Assembly: GCA_021811315.1 (NCBI GenBank)
Contig: JAJZPF010000002.1
Location: 95,958-159,957 of the forward strand
Length of the DNA: 64,000 nucleotides
Reading direction: 5' to 3'
Source: a bacterium
GTDB taxonomy: Bacteria > Elusimicrobiota > Elusimicrobia > Elusimicrobiales > UBA9959
In this document: positions 37,304-46,105 of the stretch, piece after piece
Layout of the letters: the number at the start of each line of letters is the position of its first letter
Position numbering within the stretch: the first letter of the stretch is position 1
Translations under genes and position numbers: made by a program
Notes under the pieces: generated by a model
Databases searched by the model: none
Seen by the model: the letters and a program-made list of their open reading frames with translations, nothing else
Told to the model about the DNA's origin: nothing

Positions 37304-38479
37304 ATGACAAACCTCACACTACGCTCCGGCGCCGTAAAGCGCCGGGCCCATGGACATCTCTGGGTTTTCTCGAACGAACTGGAAGTGGTCGACACCACTA
37401 TCCCGCCAGGCACCATCTGCGGCCTGGTCTATCCTACCGGCAAGCCCGCCGGCGTGGGCTTCTTCAACCCGAAGAGCCTTATAGCGCTGCGCCTGCTGGC
37501 CCAGAACACGCTGGACCTGCCGAAGGACTTCCTGAAGGACCGCCTCGCCGCCGCGCTGGACTACCGCGAGGCGCTCGGCGTTTCGCGCGCCTGCCGGGTC
37601 TGCTTCGGCGAATCCGACGGCCTGCCCGGCCTGGTCGTGGACCGCTACGGCGACGCCGTAGTGGTGGAGATCCTTTCGGCCGGCATGGAGCTGCTGAAGG
37701 ACGAGATCACCGCCGCCATCACCGACCTGATGAGGCCGCGCGGGATCTTCTACAAGAATACCCACCAGTTCCGCGAGCTGGAAGGGCTAAGATCCTACGA
37801 AGAGACGGCCTTCGGGGTCATGCCCGAGAAGGTGAAGATAACGGAGAACGGCCTGGACTACTGGGTGCCCATGGCGGGCGGCCAGAAAACCGGCTGGTAC
37901 TTCGACCAGCGCGAGAACCGCGAGGCCCTCGTCCCGTTCTTCAAAGGGCGTAAAGTGATGGACCTCCACACTTACCTCGGGGCTTTCGCCATCACCGCCG
38001 CGAAGGCCGGCGCTGAGACCGTCTGGGGCATCGACTCCTCGGAGAAGGCCATAGAGCTGGCCGAGGAGAACGCGGCGCTCAATAAGGTCGAAAAAAAGAT
38101 AATTTTCCGGAAGGAAAAAGCGGAGCGCATCCTGGAGGCCCTGGAGGCGGGGCAGCTGCCGGAGACGCCGGACTTCATCCTGATCGACCCGCCCAATATC
38201 GTGCGCAACAAGAAGCACCTGCCGCAGGCGCTGAAGATGCTGGGCCGCATGGCGGGGGCCGCGATAAAGGCGCTGCCGCGCGGCGGCTACCTGGCGGTCT
38301 CCACCTGCTCGCACCACATCTCGAGGGGAATGTTCATGGAAACGCTCTCCGGCGCGGCTTCCCGCGCGGGAAAGAAGGCCATGCTGGTAGAAATGCGCGG
38401 CCAGGCGAAGGACCATCCTATACTGCTCAGCATGCCGGAGACGGAGTACCTGCACTTCGCTCTGCTCAGGATAGTATAG
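37304..38479 (+). CDS. rlmI: Class I SAM-dependent rRNA (cytosine-C5) methyltransferase, RlmI-like
   Basis: 391 aa. N-terminal PUA-like region (HLWVFSNEL), QKTGWYFDQRENR, DPPN motifs. Confidence 0.8.
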   Translation: MTNLTLRSGAVKRRAHGHLWVFSNELEVVDTTIPPGTICGLVYPTGKPAGVGFFNPKSLIALRLLAQNTLDLPKDFLKDRLAAALDYREALGVSRACRVCFGESDGLPGLVVDRYGDAVVVEILSAGMELLKDEITAAITDLMRPRGIFYKNTHQFRELEGLRSYEETAFGVMPEKVKITENGLDYWVPMAGGQKTGWYFDQRENREALVPFFKGRKVMDLHTYLGAFAITAAKAGAETVWGIDSSEKAIELAEENAALNKVEKKIIFRKEKAERILEALEAGQLPETPDFILIDPPNIVRNKKHLPQALKMLGRMAGAAIKALPRGGYLAVSTCSHHISRGMFMETLSGAASRAGKKAMLVEMRGQAKDHPILLSMPETEYLHFALLRIV

Positions 38480-38496
38480 CCCGCGAAGGCGGTAAA

Positions 38497-38524
38497 TAAA
38501 AAGGGCCCGGAAGGGCCCTTTTTA
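38497..38524. terminator. Bidirectional rho-independent terminator between convergent genes
   Basis: AAAAAGGGCCC-GGAA-GGGCCCTTTTT: A-tract, 6-bp GC stem with GGAA loop, T-tract. Confidence 0.85.
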
Positions 38525-38541
38525 CGTTTAAGGAACGGGGT

Positions 38542-38910
38542 TTAAATAATGCTTTTTACGACCTTGAGGATCTCCGCTTTGCTGGAAGGCTTGGTAATAT
38601 AGGTTTTGGCCCCGTAGCTTATGGCCTGCTGGATCTCGTTTATGCTGCCCTCTACGGTGAGCATCACAACTGGCACTATCCTGGTGACCTTGTCGGACTT
38701 TATCTCTTTGCAGGCCTTCAGGCCGTCCATGAGCGGCATGTGTATGTCCAGCATCACCAGCGCCGGGAGCTCCTTGCGCGCCATCTCCACGGCCTCGAGC
38801 CCGTTCTCGGCCTGCAGCACGACATAGCCCTCGCTTTCGAGCATGCTGCTGAGCAGCATGCGCATATCGGCGTCGTCGTCCGCTATAAGTATCTTGTTAT
38901 GGAGGGGCAT
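38542..38910 (-). CDS. Single-domain response regulator (receiver)
   Basis: Start at ATG 38910 (MPLHNKILIADDDADMRMLL...LVMLDIHMPLMDG...VVMLT...KP). The longer track ORF (to 38964) would overlap the tRNA gene. Confidence 0.85.
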   Translation of the reverse strand: MPLHNKILIADDDADMRMLLSSMLESEGYVVLQAENGLEAVEMARKELPALVMLDIHMPLMDGLKACKEIKSDKVTRIVPVVMLTVEGSINEIQQAISYGAKTYITKPSSKAEILKVVKSII

Positions 38911-38934
38911 AGACCGGACTCCTGAAAGGAAATT

Positions 38935-39006
38935 TGCCGCGGGTTGGGATCGAACCAACGACACCTGGTTTTTCAGACCAGTGCTCTACCACTGAGCTAC
39001 CGCGGC
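38935..39006 (-). tRNA. tRNA-Phe (anticodon GAA), CCA not encoded
   Basis: Minus strand GCCGCGGTAGCTCAGTGGTAGAGCACTGGTCTGAAAAACCAGGTGTCGTTGGTTCGATCCCAACCCGCGGCA. It folds into a cloverleaf by hand: 7-bp acceptor stem, anticodon stem CTGGT/ACCAG, loop CTGAAAA, T-arm GTTGG-TTCGATC-CCAAC. Confidence 0.93.
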
Positions 39007-39074
39007 AAAAGGTGGTAAGTACTGCGCTTTCAATAATAGCATTTTTTGAAAACGCTGTTAACGGCTCTGCGGCG

Positions 39075-40094
39075 CTATTTCAATTCGAGTACGTCGAAGA
39101 GGCCGGGGCCGTACGAGACGAGGGCCACTTTCGGGTAAGGATAAACGGCGCAGACCTTCTCCAGGGTCGCCATGAACTTCTTCGCCGCGCCGCTGAAACT
39201 CCTTATCCCGCGCGAAACGTCCGCCCCGTCGAGCAGGTCGATGTGCGTTATCGCCAGCCTGGTGGCGGAGTTGATGCTCACGGCCAGGCGCGCCACGTCC
39301 ATATCGAACCCGCCCACCCGGCGCAGGCGGCCGCTGACGCTGCCGACTTCCCGGCCCGCGGTGTGGAACCTGGAAAGCGCTTTCTTGTCCTTCAGTTCGT
39401 TGGCCACCGCGCCGGGGCCCACGCGGGTGACGTAGGGCTTGAATATCGCGTAGACTTCGCCGGCGTATTTAGGCCCCAGCCCGGCCTCGCCCATAAAGGT
39501 GGAGGCGGTAGTGTCGCGCGAAGTGACGAAAGGGTATTCGCCGTGAAGATTCGAAAGCTTCATCCCCTGGGTCCCCTCCAGCAGCATGCGGGAGCCCTTC
39601 GCCAGCGCCTTGTTCAGCAGCTCCGGCACGTCCTTGACGTATTTCTTAAGGCGGGGCTCGTCCTTGGCGAAGCGCAGTTTTTTGCGGTCGACGCGGTCGC
39701 GCACGGCGGCGCCGAGGCCCGTGCCCACGCTGCCGATCTTGCCCATCATGCGGGCGTCGGCGCGCTCGGAGGCGGTGTGGCGGGGCTCGATGATCACGGC
39801 GTGCGGGTCTATGATCAGGCGGTTCGCCGCGCCGGTAAGCGCTATCTCTTTTTCAAGCCAGTCCGTTATGATGTAAGTTCCGGCGCCCAGCACCAGCTTG
39901 GTCCGCTTGCAGACGAAAGCGCCTGGCATGGTTTTAAGCGTATAGATCTTGTCGTTGAAGAATATGGTGTGCCCGGCGTTAGGCCCGCCCACCCTTATGG
40001 AATAATCGTATTCGTTCTTTACCGCAAGGTAAGCCGCTATCTTCCCCTTCCCCTCGTCGCCGCCCTGGCCGCCTACAACGATATCTACAGGCAT
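39075..40094 (-). CDS. purA: Adenylosuccinate synthetase, short (about 340 aa) form
   Basis: N-terminal P-loop GGQGGDEGKGK and GPNAGH motif. 339 aa, versus about 430 aa for typical bacterial PurA. RBS AAGGAG upstream. Confidence 0.8.
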   Translation of the reverse strand: MPVDIVVGGQGGDEGKGKIAAYLAVKNEYDYSIRVGGPNAGHTIFFNDKIYTLKTMPGAFVCKRTKLVLGAGTYIITDWLEKEIALTGAANRLIIDPHAVIIEPRHTASERADARMMGKIGSVGTGLGAAVRDRVDRKKLRFAKDEPRLKKYVKDVPELLNKALAKGSRMLLEGTQGMKLSNLHGEYPFVTSRDTTASTFMGEAGLGPKYAGEVYAIFKPYVTRVGPGAVANELKDKKALSRFHTAGREVGSVSGRLRRVGGFDMDVARLAVSINSATRLAITHIDLLDGADVSRGIRSFSGAAKKFMATLEKVCAVYPYPKVALVSYGPGLFDVLELK

Positions 40095-40098
40095 TGTA

Positions 40099-41502
40099 TT
40101 ACTCCTTGCGCTTGGCTATTTTTTCCGAAAGCCCCGTGTAGTTAAGGGGCGAGAGCCGCTTCAGCTCCGCTTTTATCGCGGGCTTCAGCTGAAGCCCGTC
40201 TATAAATCCGGCCAGGCCGGCGGCGGTGACTTCGCGGCCCCGGGTGAACTTGCTGAGAAGTTCATAGGGGCCGGTTTCGCCTTCCCGCCTTAAGATGGTC
40301 TGTATGCCCTCGGCGAGGACTTCCGGGTGCTGTCCGAGCTCGGCGCGGGCCGCGGCTTCGTCCACCGCGGCGCGGGAAAGGCCGGCAAGCACGGAGCTAT
40401 AGGCCGCCAGCCCGTGCCCCAGGGCCACGCCGAAATTGCGCTCCACCGTAGAGTCCGAGAGATCGCGCTGCAGGCGGGAGACGGGAAGCTTCGAGGAGAA
40501 GAAGCCAAGAAGCGCGTTAGCGAGGCCGAGGTTCCCCTCCGCGTTCTCGAAATGGATAGGGTTCACTTTCTGCGGCATCGTCGAGGAACCCACTTCCCCG
40601 GCCACGGCCTTCTGCTTTACCAGGCCGGCCGAGATATAGCGCCACATATCCTGGCAGAAGGCCAGGAGGATAGTGTTGGCGCGGCGGAGGTTATCGAACA
40701 GTTCGGCGTAGCTGTCATGGGGTTCTATCTGCGTGGTGAAGGGGTTATATTCCAGGGCGGGCCCGGAGCCGGAATTAAAGCTTTCTATTAATTCTTTCGA
40801 GAACTTCTGCCAGTCGGCGGCCGGGAAGGCCGCCGTATGGGCGTTGTAGTTGCCGGAGGCGCCGTTCAGCTTGGCGCAGATGCGGGCGGACCTGAGCTGG
40901 CCCACCTGGCGGCTCAGCCGCGCGTGGAAGACGCGGAATTCTTTGCCGAAAGTGGTGGGGACGGCGGGCTGGCCGTGCGTGCGCGCCAGCAGCGGCGCCG
41001 CCGCGTGCTTCAGGGCCAGGGCGTCCAGCGCCGCGAGGATCTCCTCCAGGGCCGGGAGGATCTCGGCGCGGAGACAGTCCCTGAGCATCAGAGCGTAGGA
41101 AATATTATTGACGTCTTCCGAGGTGAGCGCGAAATGGACGAACTCGGTTATATCGCGGAGGGAAGTTCGCCTGAGCTTCTCCTTGAGGAAATACTCCACA
41201 GCCTTTACGTCGTGCCTGGTCGGCGGGAGCCGGCCGGAGCCGGTTTCCTCTATGGCTATTATCTGAAGGACGTCCTTGTCGGAAAGAAGCGGCAGCTTCC
41301 TGAGCAGGTCTTTTTCGGAGGGCTTGAGCTTCCTTATGGCCACGCCGGGCGTGGCGCAGAGCTTCTGAAGATAGGTACATTCTACCAGCGCGCGGTAGCG
41401 CGCCAGCGCGGCTTCGCCGAAACCCCGGCCCAAGCCGCCCATTTTGCCGGAATATCTCCCGTCCAGGGGACTTACCGCGTTTATATTTCGCTGAGCCGGC
41501 AT
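40099..41502 (-). CDS. purB: Adenylosuccinate lyase
   Basis: 467 aa; fumarate-lyase signature GSSTMPQKVNP; SPLDGRY N-terminus. Confidence 0.9.
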   Translation of the reverse strand: MPAQRNINAVSPLDGRYSGKMGGLGRGFGEAALARYRALVECTYLQKLCATPGVAIRKLKPSEKDLLRKLPLLSDKDVLQIIAIEETGSGRLPPTRHDVKAVEYFLKEKLRRTSLRDITEFVHFALTSEDVNNISYALMLRDCLRAEILPALEEILAALDALALKHAAAPLLARTHGQPAVPTTFGKEFRVFHARLSRQVGQLRSARICAKLNGASGNYNAHTAAFPAADWQKFSKELIESFNSGSGPALEYNPFTTQIEPHDSYAELFDNLRRANTILLAFCQDMWRYISAGLVKQKAVAGEVGSSTMPQKVNPIHFENAEGNLGLANALLGFFSSKLPVSRLQRDLSDSTVERNFGVALGHGLAAYSSVLAGLSRAAVDEAAARAELGQHPEVLAEGIQTILRREGETGPYELLSKFTRGREVTAAGLAGFIDGLQLKPAIKAELKRLSPLNYTGLSEKIAKRKE

Positions 41503-41615
41503 AGGGTCGCCTCCCCAAAAAAATACCCCGCGTCCGCGTTGGCAAGCAGGGGTCTTGCAAGTAATTTTAACACATAAAAGCTCGCCGTGTAAAATCCGCC
41601 GCCCGCCGCGAGTTT

Positions 41616-41624
41616 TGCTACAAT
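41616..41624 (+). promoter_or_regulatory. Extended -10 (TGcTACAAT) 6 nt upstream of the ATG at 41631 (possible leaderless mRNA)
   Basis: TTTGCTACAATATCTCCATG; no room for a Shine-Dalgarno sequence. Confidence 0.45.
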
Positions 41625-41630
41625 ATCTCC

Positions 41631-42725
41631 ATGAAGATCTCCGCCGAAACGGCAGCCATCCTGATGGAGTCCATAGAGCAGAATTCCGAGACTTTCCTGC
41701 TTACCGACACCGAGGGCACCATAATCTACGCCAATCCCGCCTTTGAAAAGATCACCGGCTATACCCGCCAGGAAGTTATCGGGAGAAACCCCAGGATGCT
41801 TAAAAGCGGGGAGCACCCCCCTTCGTTTTACAAGGAGATGTGGGAAACCCTGAAAGCCGGAAGGCGCTGGAGCGGCCGCATCACTAACCGCCGCAAGGAC
41901 GGCGCTTTTATCAATGAAGAAGTGCGCATCTCGCCCGTCCTGGGCCCCGACGGGAAGCCCCGCTATTTTCTGGTCCTGCGCCACGACATAGCGCGGGAAG
42001 CCCAGCTCGAGGCCCAGCTTAGCCATAGCCAGAAGATGGAATCCATGGGCCTGCTGGCGGGACAGATCTCTCACGATTTCAACAATTTGCTGACCATAAT
42101 AATAGGTTCCATGGAGCTTATCGGCGAGGACCTTGAAAAAGGCTCGGTAGGGGCCAAGCTGGCTTCCGAAATACTCCGTTCCTCCAAAGAGACCGCGAAC
42201 CTTATCAAGCAGCTGATGGTTTTCGCGAGAAGGCAGGAGATCAGCCCCGTGCGGACCACGCTCAACGCGCCGCTGGCCGAGCTTAAGTTGATGCTGGATA
42301 ACCTGCTGGGCAAGGGCATCAAGGTCTCATACGAGCTCGACAAGAAGCCGGCCGCCGTCAAGATAGAGCCGGAACAGTTAAAGCAGGCCGTACTGAACCT
42401 CGCCGTTAACGCCAAGCACGCCATGAACGACAACGGGAAAATATTTATAAAGACCTATACCGCGGGGCCGGACGAAGCCCCCCCCTCGCTGAAACACGGG
42501 ACCTACGCCGTTCTTGAACTCTCCGACACCGGGCCCGGCATCCCGCCGGAGGTGCTCCCGCGGATGTTCGAACCCTTTTTTACTACCAAGCCTAAAGGCA
42601 AGGGGACCGGCCTCGGGCTTTCCACCGTCTACGGCATAGTGAACCAGAGCGGCGGCCAGATCATCGCAGCCAACCTCCCGAAAGGCGGCGCTGTCTTCAC
42701 GATCTATTTCCCCGTGGCGGAGTAA
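41631..42725 (+). CDS. PAS-domain sensor histidine kinase (soluble)
   Basis: PAS (GTIIYANPAFEKITGYTRQEVIGRNPRML), HisKA H-box (GLLAGQISHDFNNLL), HATPase N/G boxes (NLAVNAKHAM, DTGPGI, GKGTGLGLS). Confidence 0.88.
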   Translation: MKISAETAAILMESIEQNSETFLLTDTEGTIIYANPAFEKITGYTRQEVIGRNPRMLKSGEHPPSFYKEMWETLKAGRRWSGRITNRRKDGAFINEEVRISPVLGPDGKPRYFLVLRHDIAREAQLEAQLSHSQKMESMGLLAGQISHDFNNLLTIIIGSMELIGEDLEKGSVGAKLASEILRSSKETANLIKQLMVFARRQEISPVRTTLNAPLAELKLMLDNLLGKGIKVSYELDKKPAAVKIEPEQLKQAVLNLAVNAKHAMNDNGKIFIKTYTAGPDEAPPSLKHGTYAVLELSDTGPGIPPEVLPRMFEPFFTTKPKGKGTGLGLSTVYGIVNQSGGQIIAANLPKGGAVFTIYFPVAE

Positions 42726-42744
42726 GTTCCAGGCCGGCCTGTCC

Positions 42745-44913
42745 TTAATGCCGGAAATGCCTTATCCCCGTAAGCACCATAGCTACGCCCAGCCTGTCAG
42801 CCGCCTCCACGACTTCCTTATCCTTGACCGACCCGCCCGGCTGTATCACGGCGGTAGCCCCCAGTTTCACGCCCTCTTCCAGCGCGTCGGGGAAAGGGAA
42901 AAAAGCGTCGGAAGCCATGACCATGGTGGCGGGCTTCGGATTGTCCTTTAAAAAAGCCTCGAGCTTATGGCCGGCCATGAAGACCGAGTCCACCCGCGAC
43001 ATCTGCCCGGCCCCGATGCCCACCGTGCGGCAGGTATCGGCCAGCACGATGGCGTTCGAGCGCACGTACTTGGCCGCGGTCCAGGCGAAACGCAGCGCCT
43101 CTTCTTCCTGCGCGGTCGGCTTGCGCTTCGTGGGAACTTCCCATTTATCGCCGAGCAGCAGCTTGTCGTCGGTGCTGACTAGCACCTCGTCTCCGACGGA
43201 GCGGAGCACCAAATTGTCGGCGGGGAAGCTCTCCCATTTCAGGAGGCGCAAATTGGTCTTTTTTGCGAATATCTCGAGCGCCTTCTCGTCGTAATCGGGG
43301 GCGCAGATCACTTCCACGAATCTTTTGGCGAGGAACTCCGCTATGCGGCCGTCGAGCTTCCGGTTAAGGGCTATTATGCCCCCGAAGGCGGAAAGCGGGT
43401 CTGTGCTCCAGGCGCGCTCGAAGGCCTCGGCGATATCCGTACCGGTACCCAGCCCGCAGGGAGTGACATGCTTGAAGATGACGGCGGCCGGCTTTTCGAA
43501 CTCGCGCACGGCCTGGTAAGTCCCGTAGGCGTCCAGGATATTGTTGTATGAAAGTTCCTTGCCCTGCAGCTGCGCGAAAGGAAGCTTCCCTTTCCTGGAG
43601 TAAAGCGCGCAGGCCTGGTGGGGGTTCTCGCCGTAGCGCAGGTCGTGGATCTTCTTAAGCGGGACCTCGAGGCCGGCCGGGAAGCCGGCGGCCCCGGCTT
43701 TGCCGAGCTCTCCGGCTATGGCCCCGTCGTAGGCGGCGGTATGGGCGAAAGCTTTTACGGCCAGCTCTTTCTTCAGCCAGAGAGGCACGGAACCCTCGCC
43801 CGCGCAGATGGCCGCGAGTACGGGATCATAATCGGCCGGGGAGGTCAGCACGGCCACCGACTGGTAGTTCTTGGCGGCGGCCCGGAGCAGCGCCACGCCT
43901 CCTATGTCTATGTTCTCTATCAGCTCTTCGGACCAGGGAGCGGCTTTCTTGGCCGTCTCGGCGAAGGGATAAAGGTTCACGACTACCATGTCTATGGGCT
44001 CTATGCCGAATTTGAAAACAGTTTCGGCATGAGCCGGATCCTCCCGCCGGTAAAGTATCCCGCCATGTACCGCCGGGTGCAGGGTCTTAACCCTGCCATC
44101 AAGCATTTCGGGAAAGCCGGTAAGGGTTTCCAGGGCGCGCACCGGCACGCCGGCCTCTTTAAGCAATTTATAGGTGCCTGAGGTAGAGACCACCTCGACG
44201 CCCTCTGCGGCCAAGCCTCTGCAAAACTCAATAGCGCCGCTTTTATCTGAGACGGAAATAAGCGCGCGGCGCACTTTCCCGGTTTCGGGAGCGGGGCCGG
44301 AAATTTCCACCTTGCGCCCTTTTATTTTCAGGAGGCCGGCGCAGAACAGGGCGGCGGCTTTGGGATAGATAGCGAGCTCTGCCGTGTTCACTCTTTTAGC
44401 CAGCTCTTCAGGCGTGTCGCCGGGCAATACAGGGACCGGCTGCTGTACTATTATGGGCCCGCAGTCGTAATTTTCGTCGACGAAATGCACGGTGGCTCCG
44501 CTTACCCTGGAGCCGGACTCTATGACGGCCTCGTGGACCTTCGTCCCGTAGAAGCCTTTGCCGCCGAAGGAAGGCAGGAGCGCCGGGTGGACGTTGATTA
44601 TCCTGTCTTTGAAAGAGGAGAGCATTTTCGGGCCGAGCTTGAGCATGAAGCCGGCGAGGCAGACCAGGTCGGCTTTATGTTTAAGGCAGAGAGCGGCGAG
44701 GTGCTCGTCGTAAGCTTCGGGGGTCTTAAAATCTTTTTGGAGGGCTGTCTCAGCCGGGATTCCGGCCTTTTTCGCGCGCTCTAGCGCGCCGGCGCCCGCT
44801 TTATTGGAAACTACAAGGGCGACCCTCCCTTTTATGCGCCCATCATTAGCCGCGTCTATCAGAGCCTGCAGATTAGTCCCGCCGCCCGAAGCAAATACGA
44901 CGATATTTTTCAT
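42745..44913 (-). CDS. purH: Fusion protein: GAR formyltransferase (PurN) + AICAR formyltransferase/IMP cyclohydrolase (PurH)
   Basis: 722 aa. The N-terminal roughly 200 aa are PurN-like (VVFASGGGTNLQALIDA, NVHPALLPSFGG, GATVHFVDENYDCGPII). The remainder is PurH (RALISVSDKSG, TGFPEMLDGRVKTLHP, C-terminal AICARFT domain). Confidence 0.88.
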   Translation of the reverse strand: MKNIVVFASGGGTNLQALIDAANDGRIKGRVALVVSNKAGAGALERAKKAGIPAETALQKDFKTPEAYDEHLAALCLKHKADLVCLAGFMLKLGPKMLSSFKDRIINVHPALLPSFGGKGFYGTKVHEAVIESGSRVSGATVHFVDENYDCGPIIVQQPVPVLPGDTPEELAKRVNTAELAIYPKAAALFCAGLLKIKGRKVEISGPAPETGKVRRALISVSDKSGAIEFCRGLAAEGVEVVSTSGTYKLLKEAGVPVRALETLTGFPEMLDGRVKTLHPAVHGGILYRREDPAHAETVFKFGIEPIDMVVVNLYPFAETAKKAAPWSEELIENIDIGGVALLRAAAKNYQSVAVLTSPADYDPVLAAICAGEGSVPLWLKKELAVKAFAHTAAYDGAIAGELGKAGAAGFPAGLEVPLKKIHDLRYGENPHQACALYSRKGKLPFAQLQGKELSYNNILDAYGTYQAVREFEKPAAVIFKHVTPCGLGTGTDIAEAFERAWSTDPLSAFGGIIALNRKLDGRIAEFLAKRFVEVICAPDYDEKALEIFAKKTNLRLLKWESFPADNLVLRSVGDEVLVSTDDKLLLGDKWEVPTKRKPTAQEEEALRFAWTAAKYVRSNAIVLADTCRTVGIGAGQMSRVDSVFMAGHKLEAFLKDNPKPATMVMASDAFFPFPDALEEGVKLGATAVIQPGGSVKDKEVVEAADRLGVAMVLTGIRHFRH

Positions 44914-44950
44914 AGTACTCCTATAATATTGTTTTCCGCGAGATGCCCAG

Positions 44951-45092
44951 TCGGGGGCCTGGCAAGGGTATGGGCCCGTCGCTCACGGCGTCGCGCACAC
45001 CGTGCGCGCGCCTCCCCTCTCGGCCCTCGCGCTTATGCAAGCTCGGGCCTCCGAGAGGTCGCTCCGAACCCATACCCTTGCCACCCCTCCGA
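44951..45092. repeat. Intergenic structured repeat, copy B: single unit with the purine-rich strand in the mRNA sense of the pur operon
   Basis: Perfect 14-bp closing inverted repeat GGCAAGGGTATGGG (44961-44974) / CCCATACCCTTGCC (45069-45082). Core aligns block-by-block with the copy-A units (GCGCACACCGTGCGC at 44993-45007; GCTTATGCAAGC; CCTCTCGG/CCGAGAGG at 45016-23/45051-58). Fills most of the 185-bp purM-purNH spacer. Confidence 0.8.
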
Positions 45093-45098
45093 AAGAAC

Positions 45099-46067
45099 TT
45101 ACTTTAAAAGAACTTCGTTCTTGCCTTTTACTATCTCACCTATGAGCACGGAATCTTTTAAGGTTTTGAGGGCGGTTTTTACGGCGGCGGGGCGGACTAC
45201 GGCGATCATGCCCAGGCCCATATTGAATGAGTCCCACATATCGGCTTCGGGGATATTGCCGAGGCGCTGGATTTCGCGCATTATCGAGGGGGTTTTCCAG
45301 GAATCCTTGTAGACTATGGCGCTCAGGTTCTTGGGGAGCACGCGCGGGAGGTTGCCGGGGATGCCGGAGCCGGTGATATGGGCGAGGGCGAGGACGTCGT
45401 GTTTCTTTTTGCGCAGGGCGTAGCGCAGCTTGTTTACGTCTTTGACGTAGATCTTGGTCGGTGTGAGCAGGCGGGCGGCGTATTTCTTCAGGAGTTTTTT
45501 ATCGTCCAGTACTTTTCTTATGAGGGAAAAGCCGTTGGAGTGGAAGCCGGTGGACTTCAGCCCGATCAGGACGTCGCCGGGCCTGACTTTCTTGCCGTCG
45601 AGGATCTCGGAGTTCTTCACGATGCCGACCGAGAAGCCGGCGAGGTCGTATTCGCCGGGCTGGTAGAAGCCGGGCATCTCGGCCGTTTCGCCGCCGAGCA
45701 GGGCGGATTCGCCCTGGCGGCAGCCTTCCAGGATGCCGTCGATTATTTTCTTGGAGCGGGCCAGGTCGAGCTTGCCGGTGGCGTAGTAGTCCAGGAAGAT
45801 CATGGGGCGCGCGCCGCAGCAGAGGAGGTCGTTGACGCACATTGCGACCAGGTCTATGCCGATGGTATCGTGTTTATCGAGCAGGAAAGCGAGTTTCAGC
45901 TTCGTTCCCACGCCGTCGGTGGAGGCGACCAGGCTGAACTCGTTCTTGCTCTCGGCTATGGGCAGGAGCCCGGCGAAGCCGCCGATAGCTTTGGACTTTT
46001 TCTCGAGGAATTCGGTAAATTTATCAGAAAGCTTTATATCCACTCCGCTTTTTTTATAAGTCGTCAT
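45099..46067 (-). CDS. purM: AIR synthetase (phosphoribosylformylglycinamidine cyclo-ligase)
   Basis: 322 aa; YKKSGVDI, DGVGTKL, GGETAEMPG motifs. Confidence 0.92.
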   Translation of the reverse strand: MTTYKKSGVDIKLSDKFTEFLEKKSKAIGGFAGLLPIAESKNEFSLVASTDGVGTKLKLAFLLDKHDTIGIDLVAMCVNDLLCCGARPMIFLDYYATGKLDLARSKKIIDGILEGCRQGESALLGGETAEMPGFYQPGEYDLAGFSVGIVKNSEILDGKKVRPGDVLIGLKSTGFHSNGFSLIRKVLDDKKLLKKYAARLLTPTKIYVKDVNKLRYALRKKKHDVLALAHITGSGIPGNLPRVLPKNLSAIVYKDSWKTPSIMREIQRLGNIPEADMWDSFNMGLGMIAVVRPAAVKTALKTLKDSVLIGEIVKGKNEVLLK

Positions 46068-46105
46068 TATGTCTCCTGTACCGGGAAATTATGTTCTTCG
46101 GGCGC

